Part shown: positions 1 through 8,637 of the stretch, piece by piece
Position numbering within the stretch: the first letter of the stretch is position 1
Layout: every line of letters begins with the position of its first letter
Source of the DNA: Candidatus Brocadiia bacterium
GTDB taxonomy: Bacteria > Planctomycetota > PUPC01 > DSUN01
Assembly: GCA_046538415.1 (NCBI GenBank)
Contig: JBKHIY010000010.1
Coordinates: 2,033-66,032, forward strand
Direction: 5' to 3'
DNA length: 64,000 bases
Notes under the pieces: generated by a model
What the model was told of the DNA's origin: nothing
Database searches by the model: none
The model's input: the letters and a program-made list of their open reading frames with translations, nothing else
Program-made: the position numbers and the translations under genes

Positions 1-1179
1 GGGGACGAGGAGCGGCTCGCCGTCGCCCTCTTCGTCGGTGGTGCCGATCGCGTCGCCCTGGAAGCGCCCCTGCGCGTCGGCGAGGCGGCGGACCTGCTTG
101 CGGCCCGGATAGGTCTCCTTGTCGGTGCTGAGCTTGAGGCGGGGCACGGGCTGGCCGCCGATGTGCTGCTCGACGAGCTTGTAGACCCCTCCCAGGGAAG
201 GAGCGTCCTTGGAAGTGACCAGCTCGGTGCCCACTCCGAAGGCGTCGATGGCCACGCCCTGGGCCAGCACGTCGGCGATGCGGTACTCGTTGAGGTCGCC
301 GCTGGCCACGATGCGGGTGTCGCCCATGCCCGCCTGGTCGAGGATGGCGCGCACCTGCTTGCTCAGCGCCGCCAGGTCGCCGCTGTCCAGCCGTACGCCG
401 GCCAGGCCCGGTCCGAACCGGGCGGCCTTGCGCGCCGCCTCGATGGTGTCGTAGGTGTCGAGCAGCAGGATGGTATGGTCGGGGAAGGCCTTGTGGTACG
501 CCGTGAAGGCCTCGCTCTCGGTGGGGAAGGCCATCACCCAGGAGTGGGCCTGGGTGCCGAAGATGCGGATGCCCAGTTGCTGGCCGGCGAGGACGTTGGA
601 GGTGCCGGCGCAGCCGCCAATGTAGGCGGCGCGGGCGGCGAGGACCCCGGCCTGGGGCCCGTGGGCGCGGCGGGAGCCGAAGTCGACTACCCCCCGCCCC
701 TCCGCCGCCTCCACCACGCGGGCCGCCTTGGTGGCCACCATGGTCTGGAAGTTGATGGTGGACAGCAGATAGGTCTCCACGATCTGGGCGTCGGCCATGG
801 GGGCTGTGACGCGGAGCAGCGGCTCGTCGGCGAAAGCCACGGTGCCCTCGGGCATGGCGTCCACACTGCCCCTGAAGCGCAGCTCGCGGAGGTAGTCGAA
901 GAAGCCGTCGCTCACGCTCTCGAAGACCGGCTGGGAGCGCAGGTAGTCGATGGCCTCGGCGCTGAAGTGGAGGTTCCGCACGTAGTGGACCACCTGTTCG
1001 AGGCCGGCCACGAGGAGGAACGAGCGGTGGGCCGGCAGGCTGCGGACGAAGAGTTCGAAGGAGGCCTGCTGGTTCATGTCGGCCTGGAGATATCCCGCGG
1101 CCATGGTCACCTCGTAGAGGTCGGTAGCCAGCGCCATGTTCTCGTCGGTGAGGAACAGCGAGCGCTCCCTGCCTTCCAT
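1..1179 (-). CDS. pncB: Nicotinate phosphoribosyltransferase (runs off the left window edge)
   Basis: Hand translation MEGRERSLFLTDENMALATDLYEVTMAAGY...FELFVRSLP..RSFLLVAGLEQ; DFGSRRAHG and GTQAHSW motifs; GGAAGGAG RBS. Not in the supplied ORF track. Confidence 0.9.
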   Translation of the reverse strand, partial: MEGRERSLFLTDENMALATDLYEVTMAAGYLQADMNQQASFELFVRSLPAHRSFLLVAGLEQVVHYVRNLHFSAEAIDYLRSQPVFESVSDGFFDYLRELRFRGSVDAMPEGTVAFADEPLLRVTAPMADAQIVETYLLSTINFQTMVATKAARVVEAAEGRGVVDFGSRRAHGPQAGVLAARAAYIGGCAGTSNVLAGQQLGIRIFGTQAHSWVMAFPTESEAFTAYHKAFPDHTILLLDTYDTIEAARKAARFGPGLAGVRLDSGDLAALSKQVRAILDQAGMGDTRIVASGDLNEYRIADVLAQGVAIDAFGVGTELVTSKDAPSLGGVYKLVEQHIGGQPVPRLKLSTDKETYPGRKQVRRLADAQGRFQGDAIGTTDEEGDGEPLLVP

Positions 1180-1202
1180 GGGGCTTGCTCCTTCCTTTCC
1201 CG

Positions 1203-1230
1203 ATCATACCATGGGCGGTGAGCCGCGCAA
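1203..1230 (-). promoter_or_regulatory. Putative sigma70 promoter for pncB
   Basis: TTGCGC-N16-TATGAT with extended -10 TG on the - strand. Confidence 0.5.
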
Positions 1231-1249
1231 GCGCGGCGCCGGGCCTGGC

Positions 1250-1278
1250 TTGACCCCGCGCCGGCCCGGTGGTAGCTT
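1250..1278 (+). promoter_or_regulatory. Putative sigma70 promoter for the membrane protein gene
   Basis: TTGACC-N17-TAGCTT with extended -10 TG. Confidence 0.55.
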
Positions 1279-1319
1279 ATGCCCGAGCCTCAGCGGGGCC
1301 CGCTCCCAGGAGATGCTGG

Positions 1320-2909
1320 ATGCCCGGCCGCGACGCAGCGCCTGCCCCGACCGCACCGCAGGCCGCCTGGCCGCGCCGCGCGGGATTGCTCACGGTGGCG
1401 GTGGCCGTGCTGGCATTCGCCTGCGCCTTGGCGAAGGTCACGTCCTACGATACCTGGGTCCACCTTTCCGTGGGGCGCTGGATCGCGGCGGAGGGGCGGG
1501 TGCCCCGGGCCAACCTCATCTCCCACACCCAGCCCGACCGTCCCACCATCGAGCACCGCTGGCTGTTCCAGGTCGGGCTGTGGGGCCTTTGGCGGCTGGG
1601 CGGCCCGGGGGCGGCGACCGTGGTGAAGGCGGCCCTGGCCGGGGCCGCGTTCGCCTTGGTGCTGGCCACGGCGCGGCGCAAGGGGGCGGAGATCTTCGTG
1701 GCCGCGGTGTTCGCGGTGCTGGCTGCCTGTGCCGCGCGGTTCCGGCTCACCTTGCGGCCCCAGGTCGTCGCCTTCCTGCTCTTCGCGGCGTATCTGCTGG
1801 TCCTGGAGCGCTGGCGGCGGGGCGAGCGATGGGGCATCCTGGCCCTCCTGCCGCTCCAGGTGCTGTGGGCGAACGTCCACGGCAGCGCCATTCTGGGCAT
1901 CGGCCTGGGGCTGGGCTACGCGGGTGCGGAGAGCCTGCGATGGGCGCTGAGGCGGGCGACTCGGGACGTAGAGCCTGGCCCCCGTGGCATCGCTGCCCTG
2001 GCGGGCCTGTGGGCCGTGGCCGGGGCTCTGGCGGCGCTTACCCTGGTCAACCCGCACGGCTGGCGGGTGCTCACATTGCCATTCCTCCACGCGGAGACAC
2101 AGAAACTGAGCGGGCTCAAGGAGTTGCTCCGCGACAGGTCGAGCCTGCGATGGGCCGACCTGGCGGGACGGCACGCGTGCTTCGCCGCCCTCGCGGGGCT
2201 GGGGCTGGCCTCGCTGGCGGGGTCGGTGCGGCGCAAGGACGTCACGGAGGCGGGGCTGCTGCTGGGGCTTCTGGCCGCGGCGGTGCACTCGGAGCGGTTC
2301 ATCGGGCTGTTCGCCGTGGGCGGGGCGCCGATCTGCGCCCGCAACCTCTCGCCGGCGCTCCGCGGGCCGCTGCACAGGGTGGCGCGGCGCATCGAGGCCA
2401 CCCAGGGCCGAGGGATGCTCGCGCTCTACGCCGCGGCCGTGCTGGTGCTGGTGACTACGGTCGGGATGTCTCCCACCGTGAAGGAGCTGCCGCCGGGCCT
2501 CGGCGTGGCCGAGGGGCGGTTTCCCCGGGAGGAGCTGGCGGCGGCCCAGGCACGCTGCCCGAAGGGCAAGCTGTTCAACGAGTTCGAGCACGGCGGCTAT
2601 ATCTACTGGCAGGCGACCCGTCCGGTGTTCATCGACAGCCGGGGGCTGCTGGCCTACAGTTCGTCGTTCGTCCAGAGCTACGTAGCGGCGTGGGCGTCGC
2701 CGCGTGCGTGGGCCGAGCTGCTGGAGCGCCACGACATCGCCGTGGCGCTCGTGGGGCATCGGGGGCCGGGCGACCAGCGCCAGCTCTCCCTCGCCAGGTG
2801 GGGCTGGCGACACGTCTACCGGGGGCCGGTGTGCAGCGTGTTCGTGCGGGAGGACAGGCTCGACGGCCCTGGGGAGGTCGTGGCGCGGGCCGGAGGATCC
2901 GCTCGTTGA
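1320..2909 (+). CDS. Polytopic membrane protein, predicted GT-C-fold glycosyltransferase-like
   Basis: Many TM segments; DTWVHLSVGRWI..EHRWLFQ first loop; C-terminal LFNEFEHGGYIYW..VFIDSRG domain; ATG 1320 chosen for its AGGAGA RBS. Confidence 0.6.
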   Translation: MPGRDAAPAPTAPQAAWPRRAGLLTVAVAVLAFACALAKVTSYDTWVHLSVGRWIAAEGRVPRANLISHTQPDRPTIEHRWLFQVGLWGLWRLGGPGAATVVKAALAGAAFALVLATARRKGAEIFVAAVFAVLAACAARFRLTLRPQVVAFLLFAAYLLVLERWRRGERWGILALLPLQVLWANVHGSAILGIGLGLGYAGAESLRWALRRATRDVEPGPRGIAALAGLWAVAGALAALTLVNPHGWRVLTLPFLHAETQKLSGLKELLRDRSSLRWADLAGRHACFAALAGLGLASLAGSVRRKDVTEAGLLLGLLAAAVHSERFIGLFAVGGAPICARNLSPALRGPLHRVARRIEATQGRGMLALYAAAVLVLVTTVGMSPTVKELPPGLGVAEGRFPREELAAAQARCPKGKLFNEFEHGGYIYWQATRPVFIDSRGLLAYSSSFVQSYVAAWASPRAWAELLERHDIAVALVGHRGPGDQRQLSLARWGWRHVYRGPVCSVFVREDRLDGPGEVVARAGGSAR

Positions 2910-2934
2910 CAGCGCGGCGCGGGGGGCCTATCAT
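2906..2934 (+). promoter_or_regulatory. sigma70 promoter for the radical SAM gene, overlapping the upstream stop codon
   Basis: TTGACA-N17-TATCAT; AGGAGG RBS before GTG 2955. Confidence 0.7.
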
Positions 2935-2954
2935 GAGGGGGAAGGAGGCGCGCC

Positions 2955-4379
2955 GTGGCCAGGGTGCTTCTCGTCAATCCCCCCGCCACCCAGACCCTGG
3001 TGGGCAATAACCCCCCATTCCTCGACGAGGAGCGGGGCTGCAATCCGCCCCTTGGGCTCCTCTATCTCGCGGCCGTGCTCCAGGCCCGCTCCGACCACGC
3101 GGTGGGGGTGGTCGACGCCATGGCCGAGGGGCTGTCCTACCCCCAGCTCGGATCGCGCATCGCCGAGGCGGAGCCCGACCTGGTGGGCATCTCGGCCATG
3201 ACGTTCACCCTCCTTGACGTCGTGCGCGCGGTGGCCACGGCCCGCCAGGCGGCTCCCCGGGCGCGGGTGGCCGTGGGCGGCCCCCACGTGCACCTCTATC
3301 CCCGCGAGACCGCGGCCCTGTCGGGAGTGGACTTCGCGCTGCGAGGCGAGGGGGACCTCACGTTCCTCGAGCTGTGCGACCGCCTCGACTGTCCCTCGGC
3401 GTGGGAGGAGGTGCCGGGGCTGGTCTTCCGCCGCGACGGCCAGCTGGTGGAAACGCCGCCGGCTCCGCCCATCGACGACCTGGATGCCCTGCCCTTCCCC
3501 GCCCGCCACCTGGTGCCCATCGAGCGCTACAGCTCGGTGCTGGCCCACCGCCGGCCGGTGACCACCATGTTCACCAGCCGGGGCTGCCCCTACCGCTGCA
3601 CGTTCTGCGATCGTCCCCACCTGGGCAAGAAGTTCCGCGCCCAGTCCGCGGCCCGGGTGGTGGACGAGATGGCGGCCTGCGCGGCCATGGGGATACCCGA
3701 GATCCTCGTCTACGACGACACGTTCACGGTCCGCCGCCAGCGGGTGCTGGACATCTGCTCCGGGATCCAGCGCCGGGCCCTGGACGTAGGCTGGGACATT
3801 CGGGCCCGCGTGGACACCGTGGACCCCGAGATGCTGGCGGCCCTGCGAGCCGCGGGCTGCGAGCGCATCCACTACGGCGTGGAGGCGGGCAGCGACCGCT
3901 TGATGCAGGTGCTGCGCAAGGGGATCACCGTCGAGCAGGCTCGCCAGGCGTTCCGGGACACCCGGCGGGCCGGCATCGCCACCCTGGCCTACTTCATGAT
4001 CGGGATTCCGGGCGAGACGGAAGCCGACGTGCGCCAGACCTTCGAGCTGGCCCGCCAGCTGCGTCCCGACGTGGTGCACATCACCATCCTCACCCCCTTC
4101 CCGGGCACGGCCATCTACCACCAGGCGCTGGAGGAGGGGGTCTACGAGCGCGACTACTGGCGCGACTTCGCCCTCCAGCCCAGGCCCGGCTTCCGCCCCC
4201 GCTACTGGACCCGCGAGCTGAGCCGCGAGCGGCTCGAGGAGCTGCTGGTGGAGGGCTACAAGGACTTCTACGCGCGTCCCGCCTACGTCGCGCGCCAGCT
4301 CCTGAAGGTCCGGTCCTGGGGGGAGCTTCGCGACAAGGTCCGGGCCGGCTTGCGGGTGGCCTTCCTGCGCAAGCGCTGA
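2955..4379 (+). CDS. Cobalamin-binding radical SAM protein (class B methyltransferase-like)
   Basis: N-terminal B12-binding domain (PPLGLLYLAA, GGPH) followed by RGCPYRCTFC CxxxCxxC, YDDTF and GVEAGS. Confidence 0.88.
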   Translation: MARVLLVNPPATQTLVGNNPPFLDEERGCNPPLGLLYLAAVLQARSDHAVGVVDAMAEGLSYPQLGSRIAEAEPDLVGISAMTFTLLDVVRAVATARQAAPRARVAVGGPHVHLYPRETAALSGVDFALRGEGDLTFLELCDRLDCPSAWEEVPGLVFRRDGQLVETPPAPPIDDLDALPFPARHLVPIERYSSVLAHRRPVTTMFTSRGCPYRCTFCDRPHLGKKFRAQSAARVVDEMAACAAMGIPEILVYDDTFTVRRQRVLDICSGIQRRALDVGWDIRARVDTVDPEMLAALRAAGCERIHYGVEAGSDRLMQVLRKGITVEQARQAFRDTRRAGIATLAYFMIGIPGETEADVRQTFELARQLRPDVVHITILTPFPGTAIYHQALEEGVYERDYWRDFALQPRPGFRPRYWTRELSRERLEELLVEGYKDFYARPAYVARQLLKVRSWGELRDKVRAGLRVAFLRKR

Positions 4380-4530
4380 GGGCCGCCCGGGCTCTGGGGC
4401 CGGTCCCTGGGGGTTTGCCGTAAAGCTCTGAGCGGCGGCGAGTTGCGCCTCCCGCGGGGCACAGCGGCAAAGCTCCTGCGGCCCCGCCGGCGGCGGCTTT
4501 CGGGGTCCCTGGGGCAGCGGCTGTTTTTCC

Positions 4531-4558
4531 TTGACTCCAAGGGGGCCTTTGGTATAAT
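4531..4558 (+). promoter_or_regulatory. sigma70 promoter of the prs-rplY gene run
   Basis: TTGACT-N16-TATAAT, extended -10 TG, T5 tract just upstream. Confidence 0.8.
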
Positions 4559-4620
4559 CACGTCCTTGGGTTTCCCACGGCAACGCTTGGCGATCCCACG
4601 ATTTCAGGCGGCGCGGCAGG

Positions 4621-5568
4621 ATGCACGACCACCAGATGTTGGTGTTCACCGGCAACGCGAACCACGCCCTGGCCCAGACGGTGTGCGACTACCTGGAGCT
4701 GCCGCTGGGGAAGGCCTCGGTGAGTCGCTTCCCCGACGGCGAGCTCAACGTCAAGGTCCTGGAGGACGTGCGGGGCACCGACGCGTTCATCGTCCAGCCC
4801 ACCTGCTACCCGGTGAACGACCACCTGATGGAACTGCTGATGCTGATCGACTGCCTGCGGCGGGCCTCTGCCACGCGGGTCACCGCGGTGCTGCCCTACT
4901 TCGGCTACGCCCGCAAGGATCGCAAGGATGAGGGCCGCGTGCCCATCACGGCGAAGCTGGTGGCCAACCTGATCACCACCGCGGGAGCGGATCGGGTGCT
5001 GGCGGTGGACCTCCACGCCTCGCAGATACAGGGCTTCTTCGATCTCCCGGTGGACCATCTCTACGCGTCCTCGACCCTCGCCCGGTCGTTCCGCGAGTCG
5101 AAGCCGGAGGACCTGGTGATCGTGAGCCCCGACGTAGGGAGTATCAAGCTCGCCCGCGCCCACGCCGAGCGCCTGAGCGCTGGCCTGGCCGTGGTGGACA
5201 AGCGGCGCGTGTCGCCCGAGGAGACCGAAGTCAGCTTCGTCATCGGCGACGTGCGAGGTAAGAACGTGCTCATCGTGGACGATATCATCGCCACCGCAGG
5301 CTCGGTGTGCGAGGCTTCCCAACTGCTCCGCGAGCGGGGGGCCGAGAGCGTGCAGGTGGCCGCCACCCACGGCGTCTTCTGCGGCCCCGCCTTCGAGCGC
5401 CTGAAGCAGGCCCCCATCGACCAGGTGACGGTCACCGACTCCATCCCCCTTCCCTCGCAGCGGGATACGGTCCCCATCCGGGTGGTCAGCGTCGCCCCCC
5501 TGATCGGCGAGGCCATGAAGCGCATCCACCTCAACCAATCCGTCAGTTCCCTGTTCGCTGAAGCCTAA
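4621..5568 (+). CDS. prs: Ribose-phosphate pyrophosphokinase
   Basis: FPDGE, PYFGYARKDRK, DLHASQIQGFF, VSPDVG, VDDIIATAGS. Confidence 0.97.
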   Translation: MHDHQMLVFTGNANHALAQTVCDYLELPLGKASVSRFPDGELNVKVLEDVRGTDAFIVQPTCYPVNDHLMELLMLIDCLRRASATRVTAVLPYFGYARKDRKDEGRVPITAKLVANLITTAGADRVLAVDLHASQIQGFFDLPVDHLYASSTLARSFRESKPEDLVIVSPDVGSIKLARAHAERLSAGLAVVDKRRVSPEETEVSFVIGDVRGKNVLIVDDIIATAGSVCEASQLLRERGAESVQVAATHGVFCGPAFERLKQAPIDQVTVTDSIPLPSQRDTVPIRVVSVAPLIGEAMKRIHLNQSVSSLFAEA

Positions 5569-5584
5569 CCTCACGGAGTCCCCT

Positions 5585-6247
5585 ATGGACCGACCCGCCC
5601 TAGAAGCCACAAGACGCCAGGAGCTGGGCACCCGCGCGGCCCGCCGCCTGCGCGCCCAGGGTCTGCTGCCCGCCGTGCTCTACGGCCACCAGCGCGGCAC
5701 CGTGCATCTGGCCGTCTCCGCCCACGAAGCCGAGCGCCTGGTGGACGGGGGAGCCCGCATGGTGGACATGGCGATCGGCGGCACCACGGAGACCGCGCTG
5801 CTCAAGGAAATCCAGTACGACGCCATGGGCGACGACCTCCTGCACATCGACTTCGCCCGCGTGGCCATGGACGAGAAGGTGGAGGTGGCCGTGCCCATCG
5901 AGCTCCACGGCCTGCCCAAGGGCGTGGAGGAAGGTGGCACCCTCGACCACCTGCTGGTGGACCTGGAGGTCCGCTGCCTGCCCGCCGACATCCCCGAGCA
6001 CATCCGCGTGGAGGTGGGCCATCTGGCCATCGGCGACATCATCCACCTCAGCGACCTCACCCTGCCCCCGGAAGTAGAAGTCCTCCAGGACCCCGAGATG
6101 CCCGTGGCCACCGTCCATCCGCCCGAGGAGATCGAGGAGGAGGCCCCCGAGGAGATCGAGCTGGAGGCGGCAGCGGAGCCCGAGGTGATCGGTCGCGGCG
6201 AAGAGGAGGAAGAACCGCCCGGCGGCGAAGAAGACCAGGAGGGGTAG
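5585..6247 (+). CDS. rplY: 50S ribosomal protein L25 (Ctc type)
   Basis: PAVLYGH, LHIDF, C-terminal beta domain, acidic tail. Confidence 0.93.
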   Translation: MDRPALEATRRQELGTRAARRLRAQGLLPAVLYGHQRGTVHLAVSAHEAERLVDGGARMVDMAIGGTTETALLKEIQYDAMGDDLLHIDFARVAMDEKVEVAVPIELHGLPKGVEEGGTLDHLLVDLEVRCLPADIPEHIRVEVGHLAIGDIIHLSDLTLPPEVEVLQDPEMPVATVHPPEEIEEEAPEEIELEAAAEPEVIGRGEEEEEPPGGEEDQEG

Positions 6248-6256
6248 TGGCGGCGG

Positions 6257-6814
6257 ATGAAAGTCGTCGTCGGCATCGGCAATCCAGGCACCCGCTACCA
6301 GGGCACGCGGCACAACCTGGGAGCACGAGTGGTCGACCGCCTGGCCGACGAAGCCGGCATCCCGATCCGCAGGCGCCGCTTCCACGCCCTGGTCGGCGAG
6401 GGACAGATGGGCACCCGCCGAGTCCTGCTCGTCAAGCCCCAGACCTATGTCAACCTCTCGGGCAGCGCCGTGGCACCCCTCCTGCGGTGGCACCGATGCT
6501 CGCCCGAAGACCTCCTGGTGGTGTGCGACGACCTGGACCTCGAACCGGGAAGCCTGCGGCTCAGAGCCCGAGGCTCCAGCGGAGGCCACAAGGGCCTCCA
6601 GTCCATCATCGAGTGCCTGGGCACGGACGCCTTCGCCCGTCTGCGCATGGGGATCGGACGCGGCCCCGGCGACGACCCCGTGGCCCATGTGCTGGGGCGC
6701 TTCACGCCCCAGGAGCAAACTATCGTAGGCCCCGCGGTGGACGCCGCCGCCGAGGCCGTGCGCTGCTGGCTGGACCACGGAGTCCGCGACGCCATGAACG
6801 AAGTCAATCGCTAG
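6257..6814 (+). CDS. pth: Peptidyl-tRNA hydrolase
   Basis: VVGIGNPG..TRHNLG, KPQTYVN, DDLDL, GGHKG, RLRMGIG. Confidence 0.95.
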   Translation: MKVVVGIGNPGTRYQGTRHNLGARVVDRLADEAGIPIRRRRFHALVGEGQMGTRRVLLVKPQTYVNLSGSAVAPLLRWHRCSPEDLLVVCDDLDLEPGSLRLRARGSSGGHKGLQSIIECLGTDAFARLRMGIGRGPGDDPVAHVLGRFTPQEQTIVGPAVDAAAEAVRCWLDHGVRDAMNEVNR

Positions 6815-6833
6815 CCACTTGGAGGACCGGTCC

Positions 6834-7430
6834 TTGAGGATCTACGAAGGGATGTTCGTCCTCGACGACGGACGCTTCAACAGCAACCCCGAGAGCGTCA
6901 CCAAGGAAGTTCGCGGCCTCCTGGAACGCCACCAGGCCGAGCTCTTCACCTGCGAGAAGTGGGACGAGCGCCGACTCGCCTACCCCATCGAAGGCCACAC
7001 CCGCGGTGTATACCTCCTCACCCGTTTCACCGCGCCCCCCGGCGCCATGCACGCCGTCGAGCGCGACGCCCGGCTCAACGACACCATCCTCCGCGTGCTC
7101 ATCATCCGCGACATCCACACCGAACGCCTCCACCAGGCCGGCCTCTTCCCCCCCACCGAGGGAGCCAAGGAAGAAGAAGCCGAAGAGGCAACCCAAGAGC
7201 AAGAGCCGCAAGGCCAGAAGCCCGAAGAGGCGAAACAGGCCGCCGACCAGCAAGCCCCTTCGCCTGGCCAGGAGCAAGGCCCCCCCGAGCAGAAGACCCG
7301 GCAGCCCGACCAGCCCGCCGAGGGCGAGGAGGGCCAGCAGACCGACCAGGAAGCAGGCCAGGAATCCCCTGCCGGCGAAGCGGCTCCCGACCAAGACGAA
7401 GACTCCGAGGCCCCCACACCCGAGTCCTAA
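6834..7430 (+). CDS. rpsF: 30S ribosomal protein S6 with long acidic C-terminal extension
   Basis: MRIYEGMF..WDERRLAYPI..ILRVLI; TTG 6834 follows GGAGG. Confidence 0.93.
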   Translation: MRIYEGMFVLDDGRFNSNPESVTKEVRGLLERHQAELFTCEKWDERRLAYPIEGHTRGVYLLTRFTAPPGAMHAVERDARLNDTILRVLIIRDIHTERLHQAGLFPPTEGAKEEEAEEATQEQEPQGQKPEEAKQAADQQAPSPGQEQGPPEQKTRQPDQPAEGEEGQQTDQEAGQESPAGEAAPDQDEDSEAPTPES

Positions 7431-7460
7431 CCACGCCTCACCTCCTAGCGAGGGCCTGCC

Positions 7461-7901
7461 ATGCCCAACTACAATCGCGTCATCCTGATGGGCAACCTCA
7501 CGCGGGACCCCGAGCTGCGCTACACGCCCAGCGGCACCGCGGTAGCCGACTTCGGCCTCGCCATGAACCGCCGCTTCCGAGCCAATAACGAACGCCGCGA
7601 GGAAACCACCTTCGTGGACGTGACGGCCTGGGGCCGCACCGCGGAGATCATCAACGAATACTTCTGCAAGGGCCGCCCCATCTTCCTCGAGGGACGCCTG
7701 ACCCTCGACGAGTGGACCAGCCAGGACGGCCAGCAACGGCGCAAGCTCAAGGTGGTGCTCGAGAACTTCCAGTTCATCACCCCCCGAGGGCAGGGCGGCG
7801 AACGCCGCTCCCAGCGCCCCCAGCGCCAGGACGCCCAGAGCGCCCCCCAGGAGAACCAGGACAGCGAGGAATCCGAGCCCTTCGACGACGTCCCCTTCTA
7901 G
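7461..7901 (+). CDS. ssb: Single-stranded DNA-binding protein
   Basis: NRVILMGNLTRDPELRYTPSG; ends DDVPF. Confidence 0.97.
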   Translation: MPNYNRVILMGNLTRDPELRYTPSGTAVADFGLAMNRRFRANNERREETTFVDVTAWGRTAEIINEYFCKGRPIFLEGRLTLDEWTSQDGQQRRKLKVVLENFQFITPRGQGGERRSQRPQRQDAQSAPQENQDSEESEPFDDVPF

Positions 7902-7922
7902 CCCCCAGGAGACCCATCCCCC

Positions 7923-8156
7923 ATGGCCAGACGGAAGTACCGCCGCCCCCGCGACAAGACCCGCTGCCGCTTCTGCCGCGAAGGCATCACCCGCATCGAC
8001 TACAAGGACATCCATATCCTCCAGAAGCTCACCACCAGCCAGGGCAAGCTCTTCTCCCGCAAGCGCTCGGGCAACTGCGCCAAGTGCCAGCGCATGGCCC
8101 GCCGGGCCATCAAGCGCGCGCGCTTCCTGGCCCTGATGCCCTACGTCGGCGACTGA
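7923..8156 (+). CDS. rpsR: 30S ribosomal protein S18 (Zn type)
   Basis: CRFC..IDYKD..RAIKRARFLALMPY. Confidence 0.96.
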   Translation: MARRKYRRPRDKTRCRFCREGITRIDYKDIHILQKLTTSQGKLFSRKRSGNCAKCQRMARRAIKRARFLALMPYVGD

Positions 8157-8187
8157 GCCCCTCGCCCCGGCCCCACGGAGGAGCCCC

Positions 8188-8631
8188 ATGGACGTTCTGC
8201 TCCGCAAGGATATCGAGAAGCTGGGCAAGGCCGGCGACATCCTGAGCGTCGCCGACGGCTACGCCCGCAACTACCTCTTCCCCCGCAAGCTGGCCACCGA
8301 GGTGAGCGAGGAAAACCTGCGCCGCCTGGAGGCCGACCGCCGCCGCGCCGCCCGGGAGGAAGAACGCCGCCGCCACGCCCTGGCCCAGCTCGCCGCCCGG
8401 CTCGAGGACACCTCCTGCACCATTCCCGCCCAGGCCACCGAGGGAGGTACCCTCTTCGGCTCCGTCGCCGCCGCCCACGTGGCCCGGGCCTTGGGCGAGG
8501 AGGGGTTCGAGATCGACGACGCGATGATCCGCCTCGAAGAGCCCATCAAGGAAACCGGTGTCTACGCCGTGGAGATCCACCTCGCACCCGAGATTACCGC
8601 GACGACCCGCGTGTGGGTCGTCGCCGACTAG
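8188..8631 (+). CDS. rplI: 50S ribosomal protein L9
   Basis: LGKAGD..VADGYARNYLFP, LFGSV. Confidence 0.96.
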   Translation: MDVLLRKDIEKLGKAGDILSVADGYARNYLFPRKLATEVSEENLRRLEADRRRAAREEERRRHALAQLAARLEDTSCTIPAQATEGGTLFGSVAAAHVARALGEEGFEIDDAMIRLEEPIKETGVYAVEIHLAPEITATTRVWVVAD

Positions 8632-8637
8632 GACGCC

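Noticed and set aside
163-1221. 352 aa + strand ORF
   Set aside because: It is antisense to pncB, which has recognisable motifs and an RBS; a shadow ORF of high-GC DNA.
4455-4490. Assignment as a c-di-GMP-I riboswitch
   Set aside because: It lacks the GAAA tetraloop/receptor stem and lies upstream of the prs promoter rather than in its leader; kept only as an unexplained structured element.
4581-4596. - strand GGGATCGCCAAGCG resembling the 5' end of tRNA-Gln, which often precedes prs
   Set aside because: Only ~11 nt match, on the wrong strand, with no anticodon or T arm.
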